A stretch of 63,876 nucleotides of DNA, counting the filler, from Candidatus Tectimicrobiota bacterium (GTDB taxonomy: Bacteria; JACPSX01): the NCBI GenBank assembly GCA_016193065.1. It is 6 parts of 6 records of this genome, joined end to end, with 100 filler letters (N's around TTAATTAATTAA, not from the genome) between each part and the next. Parts side by side here need not be neighbours in the genome. Positions count along the whole stretch, not along the records: positions 30,170 to 59,165 come from JACPSX010000045.1; 5 more parts are not named here. One strand, 5' to 3'. A program made the position numbers and the translations under genes. The number at the start of each line of letters is the position of its first letter. Position 1 is the stretch's first letter. Of this stretch, positions 31,851 through 42,223 are shown piece after piece. The notes under the pieces are model-generated. The model was not told where the DNA came from. It did not search any database and was given only the letters and a program-made list of their open reading frames with translations.

Positions 31851-34451
31851 ATGAACCAAGAGCTGCACAAGAAAACAGAGCGGGAAGACCGCTGGATCCC
31901 CACCATATGCGGCGAGTGCTATAACGCCTGCTCGATTTTGGTCCGCGTGGTCAATGGCGTCGTCAGAAAAATCGAAGGGAACCCCGACAGCCCGATCGGC
32001 ATGGGGAGGCTTTGCCCCAAGGGGACGGCGGGGATCATGACTATGTACGACCCCAACCGGGTCAACGCGCCGCTCAAGCGCACCAATCCCGAGAAAGGCA
32101 TCGGCGTCGACCCTCGCTGGCAGGAAATCACCTGGGAAGAAGCCCTCGCCACCGTCGCCGAGAAATTAAAGAAGGTCCGCCGGGAAGACCCCAAGAAACT
32201 GTTCATGATGGGGACCACCACGACGGTCAGCATCCAGAGAGGCGTCAGCGTGTCTTTCGCCACGGCCTTCGGCACGCCGAATCACTCCTCTTCAGGGGGC
32301 GGGCTGCATTGCGGCAACGGGGCTCACTTTGCGGCCGGACTCTTTCACGGATCCTGGTCCATGGTGCCCGACTTCGAGTACTGCCAGTACGCCATCTACT
32401 TTGGCTCCAGCAAGGGTCATGCCGCCGGCCACGCCGCCAACATCAACGCTCAAATGGCCGCCGATGCCAGGGCCAGAGGCATGAAGTTGGTCGTCGTGGA
32501 CCCCCTGTGCAGTTTTGCGGCCGCCAAGTCCACGGAATGGGTCCCGATCCGCCCGGGAACGGACGGCGCCATGGCCCTGGCCATGATCAACACTCTCTTG
32601 AACGAGCTCGGAATTTACGACGCCGAATATTTGCAGAAGCATACCAACGCCCCTTACTTGATCGGTCCCGATGGCTACTATGTGAAAGACCTCGATAGCG
32701 GGAAACCCTTGGTGTGGGACCTGGGGACAGGCGCGCCGAAATGCTTTGACGCATCAGACGTCATGGACTACGCGCTGGAAGGCGTCTTCGAAGTCCAGGG
32801 TACCCGTTGCCAGCCCGCCTTCACCCTTCTCAGGGAGCACGTGAAGAGCTACACGGCCGAGAAGGCCGAAACGATTTCCACTGTTCCCGCCGCCACCATC
32901 CGGAGGCTGGCCAGGGAGTTTGGAGAGCACTCACGCATCGGAAGCACGATCATTATGGATGGCAAAAAGTTCCCCTTCCGCCCTGTGGCTGCCGTCGTCT
33001 TCCGGGGCGCTCAAGGCCACAAGAACTCGGCGCACACCTGCTACTCCATTGAACTCTTGAACCAGATCGTAGGGTGCTCCGATGTGGTGGGAGGCAGTCT
33101 GGGGTTTAACCCGGTTTCCTTCGGCCATCCGGACACCGGACAGCCCGCCTTTGCGCCCACCCCGGCGCCGGACGGCCTCCTTTGCCCCGGAACCTGGCTG
33201 ACCCCTCACCGCATTTATCCGCCCCGGGACCCGGCGCCGCCGCAGACCATGGGTCTCAAAGAGATCCACCCATTGGGGCAGTCTTCGCCCTACGTGGTGT
33301 CGGCCGACCAGGAGGAACTCTGGACCAAGTTCAACCTTTCCTACCGGCCCGAGGTCATGCTGAACTACGGCGCCAACCCGGTGATGACCATGGGGAATCC
33401 CGGAACGGTCATCGAGGCCCTCAAGAAAATCCCGTTTATCGTATCCTCCAATCTGTTCCTCAACGAATTTACCGACCTGGCGGACATCGTCCTGCCGGAC
33501 ACCTGCTACATGGAGCGTTATGATACCCTGCCCAACTCGCCCCCCATCCTGAACCACCCCGCCGGCATGGGCGAGTGGGGTTTCGCCATCGGCCAGCCCG
33601 TGGTGCCGCGGCAATACCAACGCTGGGACTACGGTGAATTCATCCTGGAAGTCGCCGACCGCATTGGCATCACCCGGGAACTGAACGCGGTTTTGAACAT
33701 GTTCTACGGACTCCAACCTCCCTACGAACTGCCGCCGGACAGAAAGACCACCCGGGAGGAATTGGCCGACCTGCACTTGAAGTTCAACTTCGGCGCGGAG
33801 CGCGGCCTGCAGTGGTTCAAAGAGCACGGGCTCATCAAGTGGCCCAAAAAACCGGAAGAGGTGTACTGGCGCATCCACAATAAGTGTCGCGTGCCGGTGT
33901 ACATGGAGTTTATGAAAAGGACCGGGACCAAGGTCAAGAAAATTCTGGAACTCTTCGATGTCCCGCTGGACCTTTCCCACTACGAGGCGCTTCCCGACTG
34001 GCATCCGTGCCCCTCCCACCAGGTCAAAGATCCTCAGTTCGACCTTTACGCCTTTTACTACCGAGACGTTCTGCACACCAACTCGGCCACCATGGAGAAC
34101 GCCTGGCTCGATGAAGCTTCCGAGATCAATCCATACAGCTACAACATCACGATCCACCCCGCGGTGGGGAAGAAAAAGGGGATTCAAAACGGGGATCTGA
34201 TCTGGGTGGAATCCGTGAGCGGGCGCAAAGTCAGGGGCAAGGTCAACCTGAGCGAGGGGATCAACCCCGAGGGCTTGGCCGTGGCCGGCTGTATGGGACA
34301 CTGGGCCCTGGGTATGCCGAAGGCCAAGGGAAAAGGGGTCCTGTTCAATGAACTCCTGGAACTGGACATGAATCACGCGGATCCAGCCAACATGAACCTG
34401 GATCTCTGCGTCAAAGTAAAAATCTACCGGGACCATCAAGGCAGGAGTTGA
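31851..34451 (+). CDS. Mo/W-bisPGD oxidoreductase catalytic subunit (DMSO reductase family, PadB-like), no Tat signal
   Basis: CGECYNAC..LCPKG Fe-S motif, PLKRTNP.KG, EWVPIRPGTD, ADIVLPD; putative Cys ligand in GLHCGNGAH. Confidence 0.92.
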   Translation: MNQELHKKTEREDRWIPTICGECYNACSILVRVVNGVVRKIEGNPDSPIGMGRLCPKGTAGIMTMYDPNRVNAPLKRTNPEKGIGVDPRWQEITWEEALATVAEKLKKVRREDPKKLFMMGTTTTVSIQRGVSVSFATAFGTPNHSSSGGGLHCGNGAHFAAGLFHGSWSMVPDFEYCQYAIYFGSSKGHAAGHAANINAQMAADARARGMKLVVVDPLCSFAAAKSTEWVPIRPGTDGAMALAMINTLLNELGIYDAEYLQKHTNAPYLIGPDGYYVKDLDSGKPLVWDLGTGAPKCFDASDVMDYALEGVFEVQGTRCQPAFTLLREHVKSYTAEKAETISTVPAATIRRLAREFGEHSRIGSTIIMDGKKFPFRPVAAVVFRGAQGHKNSAHTCYSIELLNQIVGCSDVVGGSLGFNPVSFGHPDTGQPAFAPTPAPDGLLCPGTWLTPHRIYPPRDPAPPQTMGLKEIHPLGQSSPYVVSADQEELWTKFNLSYRPEVMLNYGANPVMTMGNPGTVIEALKKIPFIVSSNLFLNEFTDLADIVLPDTCYMERYDTLPNSPPILNHPAGMGEWGFAIGQPVVPRQYQRWDYGEFILEVADRIGITRELNAVLNMFYGLQPPYELPPDRKTTREELADLHLKFNFGAERGLQWFKEHGLIKWPKKPEEVYWRIHNKCRVPVYMEFMKRTGTKVKKILELFDVPLDLSHYEALPDWHPCPSHQVKDPQFDLYAFYYRDVLHTNSATMENAWLDEASEINPYSYNITIHPAVGKKKGIQNGDLIWVESVSGRKVRGKVNLSEGINPEGLAVAGCMGHWALGMPKAKGKGVLFNELLELDMNHADPANMNLDLCVKVKIYRDHQGRS

Positions 34452-34452
34452 C

Positions 34453-35130
34453 GTGGCTCGCTGGGGAATGGTCATTGATTTAGCCCGCTGCATCGGTTGT
34501 GCGGGCTGCCAGATGGCGTGCAAGGCCGAAAACGGCACTCCCCCGGGGATCACCTGGTGTCGGGTGGAAGTGAAGGACATCGGGAATTTTCCCGCCGTAC
34601 GGAGAATTCCTTTACCGGTCCAGTGCATGCATTGCCGGGAACCGGAGTGTGAGAAAGTTTGCCCCACCGGGGCTACCGAGAAGACGGAAAGCGGCATTGT
34701 CCGTGTCGATTCCGAGCTTTGCATGGGGTGCCGGGCCTGCGTGCTGGCGTGCCCGTACGGAGCCCGCTATTTCTATGAAGAGAAAAAGGGGTACTACGAA
34801 ACACTTTCCCTCTTCGAGGAACTGGCCTACAAACGGCACCGCGTAGGGACGGTGACGAAATGCGATTTCTGCCAGGAGCGGGTCGAGCGGGGATTGGACC
34901 AGGGGCTCAAGCCGGGGGTGGACCGGGAAGCCACACCGGCCTGCGTGTTCAACTGCATGACCAAGGGCCGCTTCTTCGGAGATCTCGACGACCCCAGGAG
35001 TACGGTGTCGTTGCTGGTCGCTTCCGGCCGTGCCTTCCAGCTCCTGCCGGGGCACCCCAGCGACCCGCAAGTGTACTACCTGACTCCCGGTACTACACTC
35101 AGCGCCGGAGGGCGGGAAGATGGCAAGTAA
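34453..35130 (+). CDS. 4Fe-4S electron transfer subunit (NrfC/PadC-like)
   Basis: CIGCAGCQMAC, CMHC..PEC..VCP, CMGCRACVLACP, KCDFC..GLKPGVDREATPAC. Confidence 0.93.
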   Translation: MARWGMVIDLARCIGCAGCQMACKAENGTPPGITWCRVEVKDIGNFPAVRRIPLPVQCMHCREPECEKVCPTGATEKTESGIVRVDSELCMGCRACVLACPYGARYFYEEKKGYYETLSLFEELAYKRHRVGTVTKCDFCQERVERGLDQGLKPGVDREATPACVFNCMTKGRFFGDLDDPRSTVSLLVASGRAFQLLPGHPSDPQVYYLTPGTTLSAGGREDGK

Positions 35131-36022
35131 CGCACTGTGGCAAAGGAGCTGGGGCTGGAAGGTCGTCCTCTACCTCTTCCTGGCGGGTCTCGGGTCGGGC
35201 TCGTTCGCGGTGGGAGCCATCGAGGCTTTTTCTTCTGCCCAGAGTTTCGTGGCCAACCTGGGAATCATCGCCGGAACCTTTCTGGTCTTACTGGGAACCC
35301 TATTTCTGCTCTGGGATCTGGGCCGCCCGACCCGTTCTATTTTTGCCCTCCGACGACTCCGAGTGTCCTGGAGCTCCCGGGGTACCTGGACTCTCACGCT
35401 CTTTAGCCTTTTCGGGGCACTGAACAGCATTCTCAGACTAACCGCTGGAAACGGAAGCCTTCCCGAATTCCAGCCGGTTCTGGACGGCCTGGGGGTCCTG
35501 CTGGCCATAGGCGTGGCGGCCTACACCGGCGTCATGCTGGCTTTGATGAGCGGTCGTCCCATGTGGAACAGTTCCATCCTGCCGGCTCTTTTCATCACGT
35601 CCGCCTTTTCCACGGGAATCGGCCTTCTCGTCGCCCTGGTTTCCCTGCCAGGAAACCAAACCCCGTTTGAAGCGATGGAAAAGTGGATCGGCGCCGACAT
35701 TGTGTCAATCCTCCTGGAGCTCCTGCTCATCTACTTTTACCTCTCCGTGAACTTTGCCAGGGCGCCCGAGTCCGTCCGTATGGTGACCCGGGGTTCCCTG
35801 GCCGGACCTTTCTGGCTCGGAGTCCTTGGCGCGGGTCTGTTGATCCCCCTGGGACTCGAATACCTGAACCTGACCGGCGGCGGCTCCCCGGTGCTGGGCT
35901 TTGTCTCCGGTGTGGGCCTTTTAACCGGGGGCTTGGCACTGCGCTACATCGTTGTCTTTGCGGGAGGCCGGGCCCCCGTGCTGGCCGGCAACATCCGCTT
36001 TCTCGTGCGCCCGGGAGTGTGA
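35120..36022 (+). CDS. NrfD/PsrC family membrane anchor
   Basis: WGWKVVLYLFLAG, DLGRP.R, SWSSRG, YTG, RPMW; about 8 TM helices. Confidence 0.92.
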   Translation: MASNALWQRSWGWKVVLYLFLAGLGSGSFAVGAIEAFSSAQSFVANLGIIAGTFLVLLGTLFLLWDLGRPTRSIFALRRLRVSWSSRGTWTLTLFSLFGALNSILRLTAGNGSLPEFQPVLDGLGVLLAIGVAAYTGVMLALMSGRPMWNSSILPALFITSAFSTGIGLLVALVSLPGNQTPFEAMEKWIGADIVSILLELLLIYFYLSVNFARAPESVRMVTRGSLAGPFWLGVLGAGLLIPLGLEYLNLTGGGSPVLGFVSGVGLLTGGLALRYIVVFAGGRAPVLAGNIRFLVRPGV

Positions 36023-36045
36023 CGGGCTCTCAAGGGAGAAAGGCC

Positions 36046-37483
36046 GTGTCTAGAGACCTCAGGCAGTGGTTGCAAGCCGTACAGGATTTGGGAGAGCTCC
36101 GGACCATAAAGAACGCCAGTTGGGAGCTGGAGATGGGCGCGCTGGTGGATATCCTCTACGCCAGATCCAATGAGGCGCACCCGGCCATTCTTTTCGAAAA
36201 TATCCCGGGGTATCCCGACAATGCCCGGGTCCTATTCGGACTCGTCGGTTCCCTGCGCCGGCTGGCCCTTACCTGGAACCTGGACCTCTCTTTTTCCGAT
36301 CCGATGCAGTTGGTCGAATCCTGCCGGCAGAAGCTGAGAAGGATGACGCCCATTCCTCACCGCTACGTGGAGCCGCCGCCCACACTTTCCGAAAAACACC
36401 GCGGCGGAGAGATCAACCTGTGGGAATTCCCCTCCCCCCTCTGCCACGAGCTGGACGGCGGGCGCTACTTCGGCACAGGGCACATGGTGATCACCAGCGA
36501 TCCGGACACCGGCTGGGCTGGCCCACGACGAGCGCACCCTGGGAATCAACATGGTCCCTTCCAGGCACGGCGTACAACATATGAAAAAGTACCGGGAATA
36601 CAACCAGCCCTTTCCCATGGCGATCGTCGTGGGCGGTGATCCCCTGCTTTTCCAGGTATCCACCATGGCGGTCCCCCAGGGAGTTTCGGAACTGGATTTC
36701 GCCGGGGGAATTCAAGGGGAAGCCGTGGAAGTGTTCCGGGGAGAGACCACCGGTCTCCCGATTCCCGCCGGAGCGGAAATCGTCGTGGAAGGGATTTGCC
36801 GGCCGGACCGCCCGAGGTCCGAAGGTCCTTTTGGAGAATGGCACGGCTACTACGCCAATGACGGCCTCAACCCCTTGCAGAATCCCACCATTGAAGTGCA
36901 GAGCGTCTGGCACCGAGAGGACGCGATCCTGTGCTGCTCCCAGACCGGCCGCTACGACGAGAACGCCCTGCAGCGGGGGGTCACCCGCTCTGCGATGATC
37001 TGGAACGAGTTGGAAAAAGGAGGCATTCCGGGGATAAGAGGCGTCTGGGGCCACGAGGCCGGGGCGGGCCAGTTCATCATCGTGGTGTCCCTGCGCCAGG
37101 AATTCAGCGGCCACGCCAAGCAGGCTGCGTCTCTGGTCGTGGAAAAGAGCTCGGGGGCTTCCCTCTGCCGTTACGTCATCACGGTGGACGAAGACATTAA
37201 CCCTTCCAACACGAACGAGGTGTTGTGGGCTCTGTCAACCCGTTCCGATCCGGTCCAGTCCATCGAGATCCTGAGCAAGAGAAAGGCCGGACCGAACGAC
37301 CCCATGCGCGGGATGGTCTCCTGGGCGGGATCGGAAGAACTCCTGTCCAAGGCCCTGATCGACTGCTGCAGGCCCTTTTCCCGGCGGGATCTTTTCCCTC
37401 CCGTGGTGGAAAGCAGCGCCGAGATCATGGAGCGGATTCGCAGGAAGTTCGCTGAACAAATCGGCGAGGAGTGTTTCTTTTGA
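36046..37483 (+). CDS. UbiD family (de)carboxylase 1, frameshifted near 36517
   Basis: DLRQWL, LFENIPGYP, DGGRYFGT, DPDTGW in one frame; EGPFGEWHGYY, VDEDI, WALSTR in another; the NxGxYR segment is missing at the junction. Confidence 0.88.
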
Positions 37484-37509
37484 TCAGCGTCCCACTTGCG
37501 GGAGAGAAT

Positions 37510-37620
37510 CCTCGGGGTGCCCCCTTGGGCTCCCGGACAGCTTGCGACGAGAATTTTAGGGGCCGAATCGAGTGGTCTTCGCCTCGCAACCTGTCAGGTC
37601 GCCTGCGGGGCTACCCCCTC
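37510..37620. repeat. Structured dispersed repeat, copy B
   Basis: Collinear with 4945-5055; gacag/ctgtc and ttgcga/tcgcaa stems. Confidence 0.8.
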
Positions 37621-37665
37621 AGATCTGAAGACTCTGAATGGGGGAAGGCAAGTGAGAATTAGTCG

Positions 37666-37693
37666 TTGACATGTTCCCGGAGAAGGGTATAGT
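37666..37693 (+). promoter_or_regulatory. Sigma70 promoter upstream of the GntR gene
   Basis: TTGACA-N16-TATAGT. Confidence 0.6.
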
Positions 37694-37752
37694 GCGCTTT
37701 ATTCCAAACTCTCGAATCTTTCCAATATTTCAGGGGAAATGAGGGCGCTGCC

Positions 37753-38538
37753 ATGAACCCGGTTGAAATGGGGTCGAAACGAAGCAGTTCTGAAGGGTCC
37801 CTTTTTTCTATCGAAGCGGTTCACAAGCCCAAAATCAGCGAAACCGTGGCCAATCAACTCAGAAAAGAAATCGCTCTGGGTCACTTCAAGGTAGGCGAAA
37901 AACTCCCTTCCGACCTGGAACTCGCCAGACGGTACCAAGTGGGACGCACGGCCGTCCGGGAGGCATTCCGAATCCTGGAGTTCAACGGGCTGCTCTCCGT
38001 CCGGGCCGGGAATTCAGGAGGCGCTTTCGTATGCCGGCCGGACCAGGGGATTTTGAAAACCCAGCTTGAGGAAATCTTGAGAATGGACGGGGTGAGCGTG
38101 GGGCATCTCTATGAGGTGAGACTGGCCCTGGAACCCGACATGCTGGAGACGGCGCTCAAGCGAGCCACTCCCGCCGATCTGGCCGCCTTGAGGGAAAACG
38201 TGGAACGCTCCGAAGCCTCCTTCCTCGAGGGACGTCAACAGGACAAGGTCAGGGAGACGTACGGATTCCACATCATCCTCGCGGAAATGACCCGCAATCC
38301 GATCTACGTCTTTCTCATGAAGGCCATCATTGAGATCATGTACCAGTCCTATTCGCGGGTCATGCCGGTCACGGACTTCAATCGGATTCCCATCGACGAT
38401 CACCGGGAGATCCTGACCCACATCGAAAACGGCAACATCGCCGAGGCAAAACGACATCTCGTTCACCATATCGAAGAAATCAACGACGGGGTGATGAAGG
38501 AGGTCCATCTGCACGATTTCTTGCTGAAGAAGAGCTGA
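37753..38538 (+). CDS. GntR/FadR family regulator with FCD domain
   Basis: GEKLPS..ELA..YQVGRTAVREA, FH..LAE..RN, HREI. Confidence 0.93.
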   Translation: MNPVEMGSKRSSSEGSLFSIEAVHKPKISETVANQLRKEIALGHFKVGEKLPSDLELARRYQVGRTAVREAFRILEFNGLLSVRAGNSGGAFVCRPDQGILKTQLEEILRMDGVSVGHLYEVRLALEPDMLETALKRATPADLAALRENVERSEASFLEGRQQDKVRETYGFHIILAEMTRNPIYVFLMKAIIEIMYQSYSRVMPVTDFNRIPIDDHREILTHIENGNIAEAKRHLVHHIEEINDGVMKEVHLHDFLLKKS

Positions 38539-38652
38539 CGCACAGCCTTCACGTAGTTTTAAGACAGCATTCTTTCCCGGGGGTGTAGTTCTCCCCCCAG
38601 ACGAACCGAACGGCCCTGTTTCCACAACCGATCGAACGGAGGAGTGTTTCTC

Positions 38653-39624
38653 ATGGCAGGGAAAAAGACAGACTTCGGCATCCTGTTGCCGACCCGGGGA
38701 CTCCTGCTCGCATCCCAGGACACCCAGGAGAATCCCGATCCTAACCTGATTTTCGACATGGCCAAGCAGATCGAGGCCTACGGCTACCAGTCCATCTGGG
38801 TGGGCGACAGCCTGCTGGCGAGACCCCGTCTGGACGCCCTGGTTACGTTGGCGGCCGTCGGCGCCGTGGCCCCGAAACCGAAGCTCGGCACCTGCGTGTT
38901 TCTGCCGGCCATGCGGCACCCCCTGCTGCTCGCTCAAACCACGGCGACCGTGGATTTCCTCTCGAATGGGAGGCTGATTCTGGGCATCGGGATCGGCTCC
39001 CGGGTGGCGGACTACTACTTCGAGTGGGTGGCCCTCGGGATCCCGCCCGAGAAGCGCACCCGGCGCATGGTGCACGTCGTGGAAGCGTTGAAGAAGCTGT
39101 GGACGGGGGAGCCGGTCACCACCGAAAGCGAGTTCTTCCCCTTCCAGGACGCCCGCATCCTCCCCACTCCCATCCAGAAGCCGGGAGTCCCCATCTGGTT
39201 CGCCACCGGGCACGGCCGCTTCATCCCCGCCCAGTACGCGCGCCTCGTGCGGCTCGGCGAGGGGGCCATGATGAACCTGGACATGCCCTGGGAGTTCAAG
39301 CAGCACGTGGAAAACATCGAGAAGGAATGCGACAAGCAGGGGCGTGATCCGGCCACCATCCACCGCTGCATGTACCTTTCCGTCACCCTCGGCAACGATG
39401 CCCAGAAAGCGACCGAAGAAGGGGAAGGATTTCTGACCAAGTACTATCTGCGCAACTGGTGGGAAGGACGCTGGGGTCCCTTCGGCCCGCCCCAGGTGAT
39501 CATCGACCGGATCAACGCGTTCCAGGAGGCCGGCGCCCAGAGCTTCGTCATCCGCTTCTGCTCCTATGATCAGATGGCCCAGCTCGAGTGGTTCACCAAG
39601 GAGGTCTGGCCCCACTGTCAATGA
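38653..39624 (+). CDS. LLM-class flavin-dependent oxidoreductase
   Basis: SIWVGDS, RHPLLLAQ..ATVDFLSNGRLILGIGIG, P.PIQKPGVPIW. Confidence 0.92.
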   Translation: MAGKKTDFGILLPTRGLLLASQDTQENPDPNLIFDMAKQIEAYGYQSIWVGDSLLARPRLDALVTLAAVGAVAPKPKLGTCVFLPAMRHPLLLAQTTATVDFLSNGRLILGIGIGSRVADYYFEWVALGIPPEKRTRRMVHVVEALKKLWTGEPVTTESEFFPFQDARILPTPIQKPGVPIWFATGHGRFIPAQYARLVRLGEGAMMNLDMPWEFKQHVENIEKECDKQGRDPATIHRCMYLSVTLGNDAQKATEEGEGFLTKYYLRNWWEGRWGPFGPPQVIIDRINAFQEAGAQSFVIRFCSYDQMAQLEWFTKEVWPHCQ

Positions 39625-39682
39625 GACTCCGTCCTTGAGTCTTTGCGCCGCATCGGGCGCAGGGCGGCTGAAAGGAGGCGCA

Positions 39683-40867
39683 ATGAAAATTGTGGGTGTT
39701 GAAATCATTCCCCTGACCTTCGAGTGGAAGCGGGTGATCGAGGAGTCCTTCGGCACCGTGGGCAAGCGGGAGTTCGACGTGGTGGTGAAGATCGTCACCG
39801 ATGAGGGTCTTAGCGGTTTGGGCGAGGCCATGACCCTGGGCCCCTTCTATTCGGGGGAAAGCCAGGGAACCGTCACGGCCCTCATCGCCGAGGAGTTCGC
39901 GCCGAAAATTCTCATCGGGGAGAACCCGTTCAACGTGGACAAGATCCACTTCCTGATGGACAAGTTCTGCTCGGGTCACTCGATCGCCAAGACTGCCGTC
40001 GATGAAGCGCTCTACGACATCATGGGAAAGGCCCTTGGCGTACCGGTCTACCAGCTCCTGGGAGGCAAGTACACGGAGAAGATCCCCCTGCGCTGGGCGA
40101 TCGGCATGGGCAAGCCGGAGGAGATGGCCGAGGAAACCCTCATGGGCATCAAGGTGGGGTACAAGGCGCTCAAGACCAAGGGAGGGATCAACCCCAAGGA
40201 CGACGTGGAGTCCATCAAGGCCATCCGCAAGGCCGTCGGGGACGAGATCCAGATTACGGTGGACATCAACCAGAGCTACGACGTGAAGACGGCCATCCGC
40301 GTCATCCGGGCCATGGAGGAATACGGCGTCCAGCTCATCGAGCAGCCCGTGCATCGCAAGGATCTGCACGGCATGGCGATGGTTCGCAAAGCCGTGACCA
40401 CCCCCATCGGCGCCTGCGAGAGTGCTCTCACCCTTCACGAACTGATGGACGTGATCCGCATGGAGGCCGCCGATTTTCTGAACTTCAAGGTGTCCCGCTC
40501 GGGGGGATTTTACGTGGGCAAGCAGATAGTCCACGCCGCCGAGGCGGCGGGGATGTGCGTGGTGGGATCCACCCAGCTCGGCATGGGGATCGAGCTGGCG
40601 GCCAACTCCCACTTCCACACCTCCACGATGCGGCTGGGCCAGCCGCCGTACTGCTACAACGGCTACGGCTCGGGGATCCTCAAGCTCTTCAACGCGGTGG
40701 ATTCCAAAGGCATCACCAAAGATATCGTCACCGGGGCGCCGATCATCGCCGACGGGTTTCTTTCGGTCCCCCAACGGCCCGGTCTCGGGGTTGAATTAAA
40801 CGAGGAAAATGTGCAGCACTACCTCACCAAGGGAAAGTCCCGCATTCGGGTCGGTGAATTGAAGTAG
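39683..40867 (+). CDS. Enolase superfamily (MR/MLE) enzyme 1
   Basis: ALYDIMGKALGVPVYQLLGG, KTK, DINQ, EQP, ACES, NFKVSRSGG, PGLGV. Confidence 0.92.
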   Translation: MKIVGVEIIPLTFEWKRVIEESFGTVGKREFDVVVKIVTDEGLSGLGEAMTLGPFYSGESQGTVTALIAEEFAPKILIGENPFNVDKIHFLMDKFCSGHSIAKTAVDEALYDIMGKALGVPVYQLLGGKYTEKIPLRWAIGMGKPEEMAEETLMGIKVGYKALKTKGGINPKDDVESIKAIRKAVGDEIQITVDINQSYDVKTAIRVIRAMEEYGVQLIEQPVHRKDLHGMAMVRKAVTTPIGACESALTLHELMDVIRMEAADFLNFKVSRSGGFYVGKQIVHAAEAAGMCVVGSTQLGMGIELAANSHFHTSTMRLGQPPYCYNGYGSGILKLFNAVDSKGITKDIVTGAPIIADGFLSVPQRPGLGVELNEENVQHYLTKGKSRIRVGELK

Positions 40868-40900
40868 TGAGGACTTCTAAACAAGCGTCTTATGAGCACT

Positions 40901-40975
40901 CCCCCTCACCCTCCCCTCTCCGCACGCCCAGGGGGCACCCGGGGTACCCGGGGGGAGAGGATAAAGGTGAGGGGG
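40901..40975. repeat. CCCTCACC-family palindrome with a mini-hairpin in its loop
   Basis: ccccctcacc-ctcccctctcc [..gggggcacccggggtacccgg] ggagagg-ataaa-ggtgaggggg. Confidence 0.75.
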
Positions 40976-41031
40976 TCCGCTAGAATGGCAGGGCATTAGA
41001 AACACAGTCATCGATAGAGGAGAATCGGGCG

Positions 41032-42189
41032 ATGAAAATAGACCGAGTGGACGTATGGGCAGTACGGATCCCGTATTTTAATCCCATCCGGTTCGCCTTC
41101 GGGACCCGCACCGTCGGCGACTACCTCGTCCTGCAGATCTACACGGATACCGGCGTGTGCGGCACCGGCGGCAGCGGCGCCTTGTGGCCTCCGGTCTCCG
41201 GTGAAAGCATCCAGGGCGCGCTGCAAATCGTCGAAGAGAGCTTCGTCCCCCACGTCCTGCTTGGAGAGGATCCGAACTGCCTGGGCAAGATCATGGACCG
41301 CCTGGACCGGCTGTGCGTCGGGAACACCATGACCAAGTCCGCGGTGGACTTCGCCCTGCACGACCTCCTGGGGCGCGCCCGCGGCGTTCCCGTCTACGAC
41401 CTTCTGGGCGGAGCCCAGCGGGATGAGATCCCCCAGGAGTGGATCGTGATGCTGGACAAGCCCGAGGTGATGGCCGCAGAGGCCAAGGAATGGATCGACG
41501 CGGGATACACCGGGATCAAGGTGAAATTCGGGGGGAACGTCAAGGAGGATATCAAGCGCTACGAGCTCACCCGCAAGGCCATCGGCGACCACATCGGCAT
41601 GTGCGTGGACGCCAACCAGGCCTACAAGGCCGACGGCGCCATCCAGGTCACCAACGCCATCGAGCCCATGGGGATCAAGTTCATGGAGCAGGCCCTCCAC
41701 CGGGACGACGTCGACGGCTGTATGAAGCTCCGGAAGCACACGAACGTGGCGCTGGCCGCCGATGAAGGCGCCTGGACGGTGAAGGACGCCCGGCGCTACA
41801 TCGATTTCCAGCTCGTGGACTACCTCCACGCCGCGCCCAGCCGCATCGGCGGGCTGTACCGGATGAAGCAGTACGTGGACATGGGGAACGCGGCCCACGT
41901 CCAGTCCATCTACTCCATCTACAACAGCCCGGCCCTGGAATACGCGGCATCCTGCCACTTCGCCTTCGCGGCCCAGCCCAAGACGATCCCGGACGAGATC
42001 GTGGGGATCTTCAACGTGCACGGCGGCAAGCATACGAACGAGATCAAGGAATCCATCGCGGACCCCATCAACCCGCCCCTGATCGGGGGCAAGATCACCA
42101 AGCCCAAGGGGCCGGGGTTCGGCATGGAGCTGAACGTGGAGTACATGAAGCACTACCAGCTCCACTTCAAGTCACACACCAAGAAATGA
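41032..42189 (+). CDS. Enolase superfamily (MR/MLE) enzyme 2
   Basis: ALHDLLGR..GVPVYDLLGG, KVK, DANQ, EQA, ADEG, PGFG. Confidence 0.92.
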   Translation: MKIDRVDVWAVRIPYFNPIRFAFGTRTVGDYLVLQIYTDTGVCGTGGSGALWPPVSGESIQGALQIVEESFVPHVLLGEDPNCLGKIMDRLDRLCVGNTMTKSAVDFALHDLLGRARGVPVYDLLGGAQRDEIPQEWIVMLDKPEVMAAEAKEWIDAGYTGIKVKFGGNVKEDIKRYELTRKAIGDHIGMCVDANQAYKADGAIQVTNAIEPMGIKFMEQALHRDDVDGCMKLRKHTNVALAADEGAWTVKDARRYIDFQLVDYLHAAPSRIGGLYRMKQYVDMGNAAHVQSIYSIYNSPALEYAASCHFAFAAQPKTIPDEIVGIFNVHGGKHTNEIKESIADPINPPLIGGKITKPKGPGFGMELNVEYMKHYQLHFKSHTKK

Positions 42190-42223
42190 GAAACCGAGGA
42201 GCGGCCACCGGGGGGATTTCCAC

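Noticed and set aside
38014-39831. Long antisense ORFs (also 32931-34724, 44427-46262, 61799-63139)
   Set aside because: Shadow frames of GC3-rich genes with no recognisable motifs
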